Positions 36,836 through 49,954 of a stretch of DNA of 64,000 nt are shown here, piece after piece (position 1 is the stretch's first letter; every line of letters begins with the position of its first letter). A program made the translations under genes and the position numbers. The DNA comes from Callorhinchus milii (taxonomy: Eukaryota): positions 38,378,001-38,442,000 of the forward strand of contig NW_024704744.1 in the NCBI RefSeq assembly GCF_018977255.1, given 5' to 3'. The notes under the pieces are model-generated. The model had not been told where the DNA came from and did no database searches. It saw only the letters and a list, made by a program, of their open reading frames with translations.

Positions 36836-39417
36836 GCAAACAATCAATACATTGATTTCTACCCACCTTGAAAAATAAGGTTACTAATCACTGTTTTGAT
36901 GAAGACTCTTTATAAAAGAGTTCAGGTGTGAGATATTCCTCGTTACCTATCAAAGCTGCAATAAAAGTTTTAGCTATGCACAATCCGACTTGGAGGAATT
37001 ACAGAGATATAGGAGTTTCTTGGCAAAATAAATAACTAAATCCTTCTCTTCCCTTGGTATTGTTTGTGTAGCTTGTGGAAGCAGTTCTTGTTTGCGATAG
37101 TTGTACAATAACTGCTATGACCATGGATTTAATTTTGTGTTACGAACGTGTGAAGTTTGTAATAATTTCAAGCCTTCAAACAAGCACCACTGGTAGCAAT
37201 AATGACCAGAAATCGATTCTGTGCTGCTTGCAAAGCTTTTCTGATTAAGCACAATGGACATTGGACAGCATCTTTTATTCAGCTAACCAGCTATTTGCTC
37301 TCTTTTTCTAAAGGAATTAAAGATTGATAGTTTAGTGTATAATTGATGTTCAGTGTACAACCTATCTAAGCTGACATACCTTTTTTTGCAAAACATACAA
37401 GGCTGGAATTACTTTATACTGGAGAATCTATTTGTACAAACTATTACCCAATCAAAATCTCATTTGAAACTTGTAGTCTGAAGTCAAAACAATGAATTTA
37501 TTTTCCAGACTGACTGCCATGAGATAAAGCAACAAAATAAGCATGTACAGTGTGATTAAAAGTTCCAGGCTCATCCATCATTTGTTCATCCACTGATTTT
37601 GCCTGGTATGTTGCACTTAAAACCTTCTACCTGCAGGCGAGGAAGGAAAAAAAACACTGCAACAGCTCTTCCAATTCAATGCAGCATCAGATTAGCAATT
37701 GAGCCCATTATTCATTGCAAAAATTTCCTCTGCAACCCCCCCCACCCACCTCGAATGGGTCACCTAATAGTATAATGATGAACACACTGCACAGATCACT
37801 ATTTGCTGTGTTTATTATGTCCATTCCTCTTTACACAGTCAGACTCTGTTATAGCTCAGTGGTTTGGGTGCATAAAATCATATAATGGGTTGTGCTATCC
37901 TATAGCCAGCCAGTGGCCAGTACTTCCAAGTCCCTGTGGTGGTGATGGGGGGAGTGGAGTCTTTCTTGGAACACTTCCTTAAAAGTGTTGACTCATGCAG
38001 GATACCGTTCCATGGGCGACTACAGAGTTATAACTAAATTCAATAATTTGCTAAATTCTGGATGCTCTAAAATACATAAAGAGTAATTCTGAATCCAGGT
38101 GGAATTTCTCATTTAGGTGGAATGGTGCTGAAAGCAATCTATCACCTCTAATCATTTCATTATTAATTAACATCTGGTGTTACCTGGGTAACACCAAGGT
38201 GAAACGTTTGATTTAATTCAGACACTTTGTGTTGTGAAAACTGAACCAAGACTTGCTCTCAAAAATCACACTGCTGAGCATCCGGAAGACAAAACCGTTA
38301 ATCAGCTCCTTCAAAGTCAGATTACTGCTGAACTGATGGTGAATGAATACAGTGTGTCCACAAGTATCTTGGTTAATAGCAGCAGCACCCCATCTGTCCT
38401 CCCTTGCCCATCTCTCCCCCCCACAAATATTTTTGAGGAGTGGTACCTACAGCAATTATTTTTTTTCACATTTTGCATCAATGTACGAAGCAACAAATTC
38501 TTACAGTTACTAAGGACAGATTTGCCATTTATTTTGCAAACAACAAAAAATAGTTGGTTTTATTTTATAGGATCAGCATTTGTATCAGTCTGTCTGAATT
38601 TCAAGAAAAACACCAGAAATGAGTCCCACTGCAAACCTGCTTCTGCCCCCAAAATAAGTTGTAATCGATTTACAAAATATTTCAGTACATATATTTTGTT
38701 TAAAGAGGCAACTCGTAGCATTTTGTTGCTAAGTATCTCCTCAGGCAAATTCACACGACCAGCGTAAATAATTGATATGGGCTTTTCCAGATGTATAATA
38801 AATACCTACTCACTGAAAAATTGTGATAGACGTAAAATAAATACCTTTGTGAAGGAAAACGAGGAAGCAAAGTCGATTTTTAAATGCTTATACATACATA
38901 TATGTATTATATACGCATACCTGAGTGCATTCTATATCTCAATGTTCTTAAGTAGATGACTTATAAAGCAGGATGAGATAAGCTGTAATGCCATTCTATG
39001 GGTGGTCATTGACTGACAACCATTCCTGATTTACGTTCAGGCCAATACCTCCCCCAAAACTGTCCACACGTCATCGAGGGCAGATTTTAGAAGCTTTTTT
39101 TTTCAAAAACTGAATTTTCCATATTGTTCCATAAAGGAAAATTAAGTAAAGGAATTCATTTAGAAACACTATCATTTTGACCCCTACATCTCTTGCACTA
39201 ATTGAAAGCTAGCCCAGACTCAGAACCACTGACTTGGCAATTGTCCATGCTTGTAAGGACCTTTAAAGGCATCTACTTAAATGCATAGTCTTTCAGATAA
39301 TTTGTCAATATTCAATAAATGCCTACAATAATTTTCCTACAAATACAGTCACTAGACACTAAATCCTGTAAAGCGCTTTGAGACTTTTTTTGAATTTGGT
39401 GATAAGGGGCATCAAAT

Positions 39418-39716
39418 GGAGTCGTGTAGCTCAGTTGTTACAGCACTTGCCTCGCAAGCGAGAGACCTGGGTTCGATTCCCGGCAGGGCGAAACCTTGGG
39501 CATGTTTCTTTACTCCACACGCCTGATAATAATCCCTCAAGAAAATAAAACAATAATGAATTGATCACTTGAATCCACGACTGTTTGTGGGACACTGCTG
39601 TGCGCAATTGCCGCGTTTCACCCACAAATATACAGTCAATTCACTTTACAATATATTTTATGAAGCACTTTTGACAGTGGAAAAAGCGCTATATCAAATG
39701 CAAGGATTATTATTAT
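39418..39716 (+). mobile_element. Full-length SINE (short subfamily) nested in the tail of an older SINE (about 39335-39417 plus 39717-39732)
   Basis: Head GGAGTCGTGTAGCTCAGTTG...GGTTCGATTCC; AAAT on both sides; the host tail reads ...gataaggggcatcaaat|gtaattattat. Confidence 0.9.
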
Positions 39717-40377
39717 AAATGTAATTATTATCAATAAAAAATATAAATGGATTTTTCAACACCATGATGTAGCCATGGGTATTGCTGACTTTCTCTGAAA
39801 TAAAATGTCAATGACTGGTGTTGCACTGCTTAAAACAGGAAAGGCTTTACAATGAGGAACTTCCTTTCTCTGGTTCCCCCATTGCCTTTCAACAAGGAGG
39901 ATGGAGCAGATTTTCTGTACCGTTAGGCTGCATAGAGTTTGCAGGACCAGTATAATTACTTTGCTGGACAAAAGCTGATCACCAGAAGAAGTGACCTTCT
40001 GGCCCACACACAGTTCTAATTTAAGTTTAGTCTTTGCCCTTTAATGCACCAGTCATTAGCGGTCACAAAACCATTTCAAGCATTTCACAACTGCACAGAA
40101 TATTTCATTTGACACTTACTCATTTTCTCTCACGTGCTCAAAATAATCAAATGAGCTTTAAAAGATCACTCACGACTTAAATGCCTTTGGCAAGTTTTAT
40201 TTTCTTCCGAACTCCATATTCCCTCAACAAGATTAGTAAAAAAAATTGTTTGCCCATATTAAACGTGAATGCTAAATACATCACTTTTGTGAACTGCACC
40301 ACTTTTAGAGGACATGGGGAGAGTGATGAGAAGAGTCATCTTCTAGACTATTCCTACTGAGATTGAAGAAGCATTAA

Positions 40378-40830
40378 GCAACAACTTTTACTTCTATAAC
40401 TTCTTTGTGCATAAATTGCTTTATTGAGACAAGATGGGAGAAGAGGGTGGTGGTGGGGTAGCCAGTCAGAAACATAGGATTTTAAATGGGTTTTGAAAAC
40501 AGAGAGGGTAAGAGTGAGTCAGAGGGTTTTAGGGAGAGCAGGGTACAAAGTGGTGAAAGCTCACCCACTGATGGTGAGATGGGGTGGAAGGGAGACAATA
40601 AGCAGGCCTGAGTTGATGGGGCATGAGCAGGCCTGAGTAGACAAAATTAGAGGGAGTGGGCAATGGAATAGGACTGCAGGAAATCTAAGATAAGGTGGTA
40701 CAAACATCCTCTGTAAAGCATCTATGTATCTTAGCACCTCACTGCTGTAAAAAAAATGCCTTGTGATAAACTTTCTCCAGCAATGTGACAAATTGTAAGA
40801 TCTCAGTTCCAAGGTGACATCAGGTTGGAG
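40378..40830 (-). mobile_element. Very old L2 3' fragment
   Basis: caacaac tail, ttttaaatgggttttgaaaacagagagg...ctgatggtgagatgggg. Confidence 0.55.
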
Positions 40831-40869
40831 CAGAGATCTTGTGAGTCTTGGTAATGAACATGGGGTTCC

Positions 40870-43100
40870 CTACTGACGATAGATGCGTCTGTCCCTGGCT
40901 CAGATCTGCCTTACATCAGGTAAGAAACAGAAGATACATTCCACTGCCACAAATACAAATCTGCAGCCTGGAAGATTTTAACCTCAAACCCAAATCTTTC
41001 TTCTGCTATCTGAAATCTGTTGTCAGGCATGACCGGAGCGGCCCCTCTGGGTCCAATACCAGTATTGGACAAGTCTGGTGTTCTACAACAGACCCACAAG
41101 GGTATCCTTGGGATCTGGAGGGAATATTATGAGGAGTTGGCCTCTGACCCAACAGGCCTCAGCAGAGACACATCTGCAGGGAGGCTGGAAGAGCTGCCGG
41201 GAGACATGGACCAGATTGAAAACCTAAATAACCCAATCTGCTGGGAGAAGCTGGACTCCGCACTCTGGTGCCAATGCAAAGGCAGCTGGACTGCATCAAT
41301 GCTGAATTCCTAAAAGCTGCTCTGAGGAAGGAGATGGGGAACGGTGAGGATCTTACAGATCCAAGCCAAGAACCCCCAACTCACCTTGGAGCTGCCCTCC
41401 TAGAGCTAGTCAACAGGATTCTCTCTGAGAATCGCACCCCGTCAGTGTTCCAGAGTGTCTCTCCACAGTAAGGGTGACCCTAGTGACACCGATAACTACA
41501 GAGGGATCTCGCTGATTTCAGTGGAAATGGTGCTCTGGGTAAGTCACTGCACATATATCACACTCATTGGAGGCTCACAGTGTGATCAGGAAGGAGTAGG
41601 CTAGCTTCTGTTCTCATGAGGAATATGTGGGCAGGTTGTGGCTCTGCATGAAATTGCAGAATGCCATAAGGTTGAGGGGAAACTCAACTATGTTGCATTC
41701 ATCTACTTTCGCAAGGCTTTCGATCCAGTGCTTCCTGAGGTCCTCATGACAAGACTGGAAGCCATGGGAGTACCTGGCCAAATCCTGGATTATATCCGGA
41801 ATGTGTACTCCAGCTCCAAGATCTGTGCGCGGGTCGATGGTGGACTTACTGAGCCCATCCCTTTGGAAAGGGGGGAAAGGCATTGCCCATTGTCACCCAC
41901 CCTGTTCGATGTGTTCATCAACATTAGATGGCATCAAGGGGGAAGGACTTGGTGTATCTGTTCCAGGCCTCTCTTTGACAGGATTGCAGGGCTTCTGTTT
42001 GCGGATGATATTGTGCTGCTGGCAGACTCACCTGGGGACCTTCTACACTGCACCCACCATCTTGAACCAACTGGTGGGACATGGTGGTAGGTAACCCCAA
42101 GTCCGGAATCATGATTCTCCACAGTCCAAAGGAAGACATTGAAAGCAGTGATTGTAAGATACAAGGGGCATCAGTCCCAATTGTTGACTCTTATCAGTAT
42201 CTCGGGGTTGTGGTGGACACCAACTTCTGTTGAAGGACCGAGCTGAGAAGGGGTGATCAACCCTCTTCTAGGACAGCAAGTCCCAATGCAGGTCAAGCTT
42301 GTGGCATACAAGACCTGCGTGCGAACAATCCTCTTTTACGGATCTGACTCATCTGCAAAGTCCAGGATCAAGCAATGAGGTGGATTTGTGGTAAACACGG
42401 GAAGCAGCTACAGGGAGAGATGGCTCCAGCCTACACTGATCTGGATAGAAAGACGGTGGCAATGCTATCACCCATTTCATGTTGAAATATGTTTCCCACC
42501 GGGAAGCTCGCAGGGAGTTCCTTGTACCTACCATCCACCTAGTGAGGCTCAAACCTGCACTTGTTGGATGTCGAACCAACTAGTGACTATCCTCCTTGGG
42601 GCAGGGTCTCTTTGGAGCTGAACATGCTTGGCAATGGAATATCGAATCTGGCCAGCCCTCTGTGGAGGGCTCAGTAGTCCGGTTGCTGAGAACAACAACC
42701 ACAAAATTACATTTATAAAGCGCCTTTTAAGTCGGGAGGCAGGCAGCTCTGCTGTATTCCAGGGCACTTCTGATGAGAGCACAACCAGCCTGGCTCATTG
42801 GCAGGACCTGGAAGGGCAGACCATTCACTGGGGGCAGGGAGTCATCCCACTCAGCTCCTGTTAATCCTGCAAGCCAAAGTCCTAACGGGAAGGGTGGTCC
42901 TAGCTGGACTAGCAGCAAGATAGCAATATGAATGGAACACTATGCGGTTTTAGCTAGATGGACTCTAGCAGTACCCCAACGCACCCTTTGGGGTTCCCAA
43001 GCCTTGGCTCTTGCCAACCTGCACCTAATACTTTCCAGAATTGGGTAAGCAGGATGCGTCGTTCCAGGGAGAAAGTGTGCATTCCATTCCAACAATCTAC
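40870..43100 (+). mobile_element. Decayed non-LTR retrotransposon RT region, RTE/RTEX-like (distinct from local L2 and CR1)
   Basis: Frameshifted pieces: IWREYYEELASDPTGLSRD; LDCINAEFLK; KGDPSDTDNYRGISLIS (41470-41520); VAFIYFRKAFDPV; ERGERH-CPLSPTLFDVFIN; GVSVPGL; IAGLLFADDIVLLADS; YQYLGV (42191-42208). Confidence 0.88.
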
Positions 43101-46100
43101 CTTTGGGATATCCATGTGTAGGTGGGATGCATGGAAATCTCAGCTTGGTTTGGATACTCTTAAGCATGGTGATGGGTTTTTGTATGAGTCAAACACCCAG
43201 CTGACAACAAAAAAAATCTCAATAGAAAAACACACCACTCCTCGACCATCGTCAAGTAACAATCGGAACAATTTTCCTGTCAAATGATACTTTGCAGTGC
43301 CTCGTTTTCCACTAAATGCCTTCCCAACAGTTGACTGAATTGAACAATTGACTGTGCACATAAATCTGGGCACAAACAATATGTACCACCACAATGTGGT
43401 GTAGCACCTCCCAACACTTGCCAGAATTTCAGTCTTTGGGCATATTTCTTACATACAACATTGTAAAGTAAAATGTGATTCAACTGAAGCAATCCAGGTT
43501 TTTGTTTCAAGAACCAAGAGAGCAAATTAAGAGATCAGCTAATTGAAAGCTTACTAAACTTGATTAGTGGATTAATACTGTAGTTCCAGTTTGTGTACAT
43601 TTTGGAAACACAAAGATCAGATTCAAAATAATTGGAACGCCAAAGGCACAATGCCTTTTGCTCAAAATAAATCACACATCAACACAGCCTTTAGGTTCTA
43701 ACTGCTGTGGTGCTTTGGAATCCATTTAATCACATCTTGAAAAAATCCTGATAAAATTCTTTCAACTTCTAACCAGTTTTAATTATGAACAACAGCTGTT
43801 AATGAAGTCATGACAGCACATTTTAAACTCAGAGTCTAAAATTCAGGGTTCAAGATAACCTATGGAACTGCCGCTCTTTTAATATAGGACTAGCACCATT
43901 CCTCCCATGACCCTGGGTCACACATGGCTTACCCTTGTGACCTGGGGACATGCACAATTTCCCCCTTTGACTTAGGAACACACACTAGCCATCTCCTGAT
44001 CTGGAGAGAACCATATGTACTAAATAACAATTCGTAACAAGAAAGTTTTTTAACAAAAATAAATCTTACTTCATCAGAAATTATTCGGTGCATCTTATTC
44101 CATTTCAGTTAGATTGGGGAATTATTTAATTTTCTTTCTTGTGTCTTCTTTTTTAGAAAAAGAGAATTAACATTTGAGCTATTAAATGAGTATTAATTGC
44201 ATCAATTTTAAAATGATATACTCAAACTTCTTAATTAACTTAACGTAAAAATCCTAAGTGATGTGACATCTGTAATCTGATCCTGGAATAGCAGTTGAGA
44301 AAAATAGGGGGTGGACTATGGAGAGGAAGAGAAACATTTTAGCAAGGGCTCAAAGCTATCCTTAAAAGTCATATATTACAGCACATGCATCTTGGTGGAT
44401 TCTCAAAAATTCCATTTTGGTTTGGATAAAGCTCAGTGGAGCTAGCCCACCCAAACTATATCTGTACAAATAATCATTCTGCTAGATCCAATACCTTGAT
44501 ACCATCTTTGTAAACAGATCGAGTGCAGGATTTATTTACTTAGGTAGAACTATGGGTTAAGATGCTACACTGGCTATAACTATGCAGAGTGAAAAATCTT
44601 TTAAAGAACAATTATCCATGGAATTCCACATATCCACAAGTTACTCCCACTGAGAAGTTCAGAAGTAGTAAAAGTTTACAGGATGACCTATAGAAAAGTA
44701 ACAATGGACAGAAAGCTAGATATAGGCGATGGGAGGTAGGGGGGGTGACAGAGAGCAACGGAGGTAACAAGGGAGGAGGATGGGGCTGGGGCGAGGGAAC
44801 AATGAAAAAAGGCAACTACAGAAGACGGCAAAGACGACCATAACAGTGAGACATTGTGATATTGATGGCTAGTCTAGTTATGAAAACGATCTGAAATAAT
44901 AACCTGATTTCCAAAACATTAGGTGTTAGAACTGAAGAAACTGCTCCCCTCCAATTAATTTGCACCAATCTTCACCCAAACACACCATCTTCCATTGGCT
45001 GTGAAAATTCTTGACTTTTTTAAAAAAGAACGGACTTGTAGCTGCAGGGCTCCATTCCATGATAATCCGCAGTGTGCAATTTAAAAATCAATCTTAGAAC
45101 CTGGCAAATTGTATTCAATGTTTAAACAAAAGAGACCCAAAAGCGTGTGAGCTACAAAACCTACAGGCAATTGATTATGCTTTGAAACTGACTTGCTGTG
45201 TGACAATCTGGTGGCTGACATTAATGCTTTCTCCCTTTCAAAAGTACAATTCAGGGAGGCTGCAGAGCAGATTCACTGAGAAGCTGTTGCTTGAAAGCAG
45301 AGGCTTTCATAAAATGAATCAGATTAATAAAAAAGCAGGACAAAGAAAACTTAACGCAGCATATTGTTCCCTTCCTCCGAACCTTCCCTTTAAAATGTAC
45401 ACGTGCCTTGTAAAAAAAAAGAAACGCTGCTCCTTCCAGTTTCCTGAATCCACTCTGATCGCTATAAATGTGGAGCCTGTGCTTCCCTCATACGGATATC
45501 TAAAAGGAGCTCCACCTGAAAGCTGCCCCTCATAGTCAGGACACATGCACAAATCTCTGTAATGGATCACAGACACAGCCATGCATTTCAGGCATGAAAG
45601 AGGGAGATTTGCAAAGTGCTGTGAAATCACAAAAAAGTGACTTTACTTACAGCAGGAGAAAGAGGAACATTACAGTGTGATGTGCATTAGTTCACAACAC
45701 ACTCGGAAATCCTCCTTTGTTCACTGCATTCTGTCTTAAATTGGCTACTTTTTCCACTGGCACTAATTTCTGGTATTCCTCTTGGTTTCGCTATTTCCTT
45801 TCATTTTCTGTTTAACCAGGTTCCTTTTTCTCAGGGCAAAAATTTCATTGTCTGCTTCACTCACTCTCTGACACACATTTCCTTCATCTATAATGATGTG
45901 GACTTCTCTTCATTCATACCAGATTTGAATGTAGTTTACAATAAAGAGTGACCGAGAAGAACACAAGGCAATGAAAATAAATATAATATAAAAAAGAATT
46001 TATATATATATAAAAAAGTTAGATACACACTCATGCACACACTACAGTATGTCGTTATAGGGCACTAGTTGGGAGGCCATGAAATTTCAACCCACGCTAT

Positions 46101-46629
46101 ACTAGGATATAGCCACTCTCATCATGATGTATCATTCTGCGTCATGATGTGAGTGATCGCATGATCGCCAACAACACTGCACATGCTCACTAAAAGCTTC
46201 ATTAGTGTGCAGATCCCACAGTCTTGCTTCAAAAAAGCATCATGGAGCTTCAAACCCCATTGTTGCACTGGATGCTCTTTGAAGCCTGACAATGGGATCT
46301 GAAATGCAACGATGGATTTGGATGGAGCAATGTTGAGATTTTGGATTTTTAGATAAGATGCTGTAAAGTGCTTTGAGACCTCCTCCCTGACCTAAAAGGC
46401 ACTATATAAATATAAATTGTACTGTATAGTGGGGCTCTACAGTATATGAGAAATAAAGATTGCAAAATGAGCAGCATTTCAATGTGCAGTGTGAAAGTGA
46501 AAAATGTTTAATATGTGAATTTTTCATATTTAATTAACGGCACAAACAAATCTTGAAAGCTCAGAACAAAATCAACTAACATAGTTTGGTTAATTTACCC
46601 AATACTGATATATAAATAACCATTACTAC

Positions 46630-46895
46630 AATATTAACAAATTGGATTTATAGAGGGCCTTTCACTTTTGGAGGATGACCCAAGGCACTGGATAGTGAAG
46701 GGTTTGCACCCGAGCTGGGATTTCGAGGGCAAGGGAGATGGTAGGATGACCAAAGGCATACTCAGAGGGTCTTAAGATGGGCCTTGAAGGGAGGGTGTGA
46801 GATGGAGTTGCAGAGGATGGGGGCAGAAAGGCTGACAACCTAACCACCGATGGTGGAACTGGCGGGGGGGGGGGGGGACATGGAGCAGGCCACTT
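46630..46895 (-). mobile_element. L2 3' end fragment
   Basis: Reverse complement ends ccagtgccttgggtcatcctccaaaagtgaaaggccctctataaatcc. Confidence 0.8.
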
Positions 46896-47538
46896 CTGTC
46901 TGTCAGACATAATTCCTGAGTGAGAGCGAATTTCTTCCGTTGAACATCAACAAGACTGAGGCTCTCCTGATTGGCTCCCGTCAGCGCCTCCACACTCCAG
47001 GCGCTGACAGCATCACCATCCATGGTTACACACTCCACTTCACTGAGCCAATCCGGAACCTTGGGGTCTTGCTTGACCCGCAACTATCCTTTCTACCCCA
47101 CATCCGTGTCATAATCCACTCTGCCTTTTCCTACTTCCGCTACTGTCTCACACCGCCAAAACCCTCATACACACATTCATAACGTCCAGGCTTGACTATG
47201 CAAACTCCCTGCTTGTCGGCCTCCCCAACTCCTCCCTCCATAGGCTGCAGATCATCCAGAATTCTGTAACCCGCATCCTCTCCCGTACCAGGCTCCATGA
47301 CCCTATCACCCCGTAACCCGACTCCACTGGCATCCCATCACACAGAGGATACAGTTCAAGATCCCAGTCCTCACCTTCAAAGCCCTCCATAGCCTCACTC
47401 CCCCTACCTTTGCGACCTCCTAACCCCCTACCAACCTGCCCGCTCCCTCCGTCCGAAACACTGACTGTCCCGCACCTTGGGATGCCCTCCTGACATGAAT
47501 GGTGCTATACAAATGTAATTATTTTATTGTTGTTGTTG
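46896..47538 (+). mobile_element. L2 3' fragment with internal deletion near 47452
   Basis: LNINKTEALLIGSRQRL...EPIRNLGVLLDPQLSFLPHI; tail ccttgggatgccctcctgacatgaa...(ttg)n. Confidence 0.9.
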
Positions 47539-49319
47539 AAACAAGAAAATGGATTTTGCTTTGTTTTTAGCCTTTGAACAAATTACCGGTATTATGGCTT
47601 AATGCTCCACCAAGCAGTTGTTGGAAAAAATATTAAATACAAGATTACTAATCTACTATTACTACTAAATGTCTAGGTTCAGCAAGAGTATTAATGCTAT
47701 GTGCCTAGGACAGGTTCAGTAAACGTCTTCCATATTGCATTGTAACTGGCATGTGGTACACAAGATTAGCTCAACAACAACAATAACTTTCATTTACATA
47801 GCGCCCTTCACGGGTGGTTGTGTCCCGGAGTGCTTCTAGCTCAGTGGAGCAGAAGAAGGGAAAACACAAGCATGTTCTTGTGCAAATTCTGACCAATTCA
47901 TCCGCTGCAGATTTGAAGATTTAAAATCAGTGTAAATCTTGAAATCCCAGTATCCCGAATGCAATCACACATTTACTAGGCCTAGGGACTTCCATCTCTT
48001 TTTTTTAAAAAAAAGGATTAGTGGTATTTTTTCAAAGCTAGCCTATATTTCTGACTGGATATATAATCCATCAAATTGCAGTCACTCAGGAAGGAGTGGA
48101 ATTGATTTATTTATCCACAGCACACGATTAAGATAAACCAGCCAGTCGACAATTGTTTTACAATTGTAGTAAAACACAGCAGTGCAGATTTTTAAAAATG
48201 CTACTCAATATATTCATGACTTTTCTATTCCTTAGGTGTATTGCAGTTAATTATATTTTACATTCAATTACATTATACTAGAATAGCAATCTCACTCCAA
48301 AAAAGCCATGGGGATGGTTGATGTAGCAAATATGAAGCTTTTACATTGATATGGACATGGATTACTCTACTCCTTAAAGGGTGGAATTAAAGCCTACTGT
48401 AGAAGAGTAAAGGAGAACTTACTCCGCATCTGGTCCATGTTATACCTGACATGGGAGGAACTGACACTGAAATTGGGTGCCAATGGTTTAGCAAAGTGTT
48501 GCATTAACCCAACACTGATTTCACCCAACACTTCGATGAACACAAATAAATAAAATTTCACAGAAAGTAGTTGTTGAGTCTTCCTTAATCTGTGATTTCT
48601 CTTCTTCTAGAAAGCTCATAATCAGTGTTGTCATGGGACTGAAATTCCACTTCTTCGTAGAGGTGGCTCCTTTTATCATAACAGGCAAGTCTGTAGTGAC
48701 AATTCCTGTAGAAAGCTAGATTGCTATAATGAATGGATGAAGCCATTCAACGCACAATATCAATATCAACACTCTTGGAATGCTACTGTTCCTATAGCCA
48801 CAGTAGTTACACTGGCAGAATACCGAACTCTGAAGCCAGTGCTGAGAGGTGAATGAGTGCTGAAGAAGTTGTTCTCTTGACCCCTCTGTAAGCCATAGCA
48901 CTGGAGCTGCAACCCACCATTTATTTCTGTCTTTAGTTAGTATTGAGCACTCAGCCCAACCATCTAGCTACTGAGGCAAGAATAGAATGAGGGCCTGTTG
49001 CTCCCATTGCTGTGGAATCTGTCACACAAAGTCAGAAGATCAATTCTATAGTTACTCAGATAACACAGGTCTTTAAATTACGTCTGCTCCCTCTTATAAC
49101 CTGTTTATGTCCTCTTGCATTCTACCTCAAAAGTATTCCAATCTCAAGCTTTGGCACTATCTGCAAACAGAGAATTGCTCCCACTGTGGCCATCAAAATA
49201 CACAGTCACTACACATATAGGATATATAGTTGCTGTATCAAATGCAAGGATTATTATTATTACCTGTAGATATACAGTACAGGGAATCATTTATTGCCTA
49301 TTCTCAGCCTTGCATCTTT

Positions 49320-49930
49320 TAACTCTCCCTCTCTATCCATATCAAGTTATCTTAACACGATCTGTGGCCATTTATTCAAACATTCTTATGTAGCATCTTA
49401 GCAAAATGTATACACATACCCATAACAGTTATACAGCATTATGTGTACTCTATTTCCTCAAAACATTAAATGACTTGAGCATGACCTCCCTTTATAAATC
49501 CATCCCAACCCTCCTGGATAGATCTCTGCCTTGAGTGTTCACAAATTCCGTTCTGTATTATAATGCCTACAAATTTATCCACAATCAAGTGAAGACAGAT
49601 TGGCCTATAATTCTCCATCTTATCTCTTGCCCAGTTTTCACAAAGGTGTTAACTTTTGTCACCCTCCAGCTGAAGAATGCTCCCTTCAGCTGTAATGGAG
49701 CAATGCCTTTTTTGACTGTTCTGTTACTTCTTAAAAGCTTGTAAAAGCCTTTCCTATTACTCTTTATATTGACTACCAGTCTTTTTATATAGTACCCCAT
49801 AGCCTTCCTAATATTTTTTTGCTTCCTCTTTAAACATTTTCAGTATTGCTCAAATTAGATTTGGTTGACTTAATCAACTCTATAACTATCGTATGCGTCC
49901 TTTTTGAACCTCAACTTTGTTCTAATCTCA
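49320..49930 (-). mobile_element. CR1 ORF2 internal fragment, old
   Basis: YIKRLVVNIKSNRKGFYKLLRSNRTVKKGIAPL resembles the CR1 linker; ggccaatctgtcttcacttgattgtggataaa resembles YRP.SLTS..GK. Confidence 0.65.
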
Positions 49931-49954
49931 TAAATAGGGATGTCAATGTTTTTC

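Noticed and set aside
38234-38767. 177-aa plus-strand ORF
   Set aside because: No recognisable domain, intron-like composition, non-ATG start; consistent with chance.
42770-42800. CTGATGA-GAGC...GCTC resembling hammerhead stem II
   Set aside because: Followed by ATTG instead of the essential GAAA, and lies inside LINE coding remnant.
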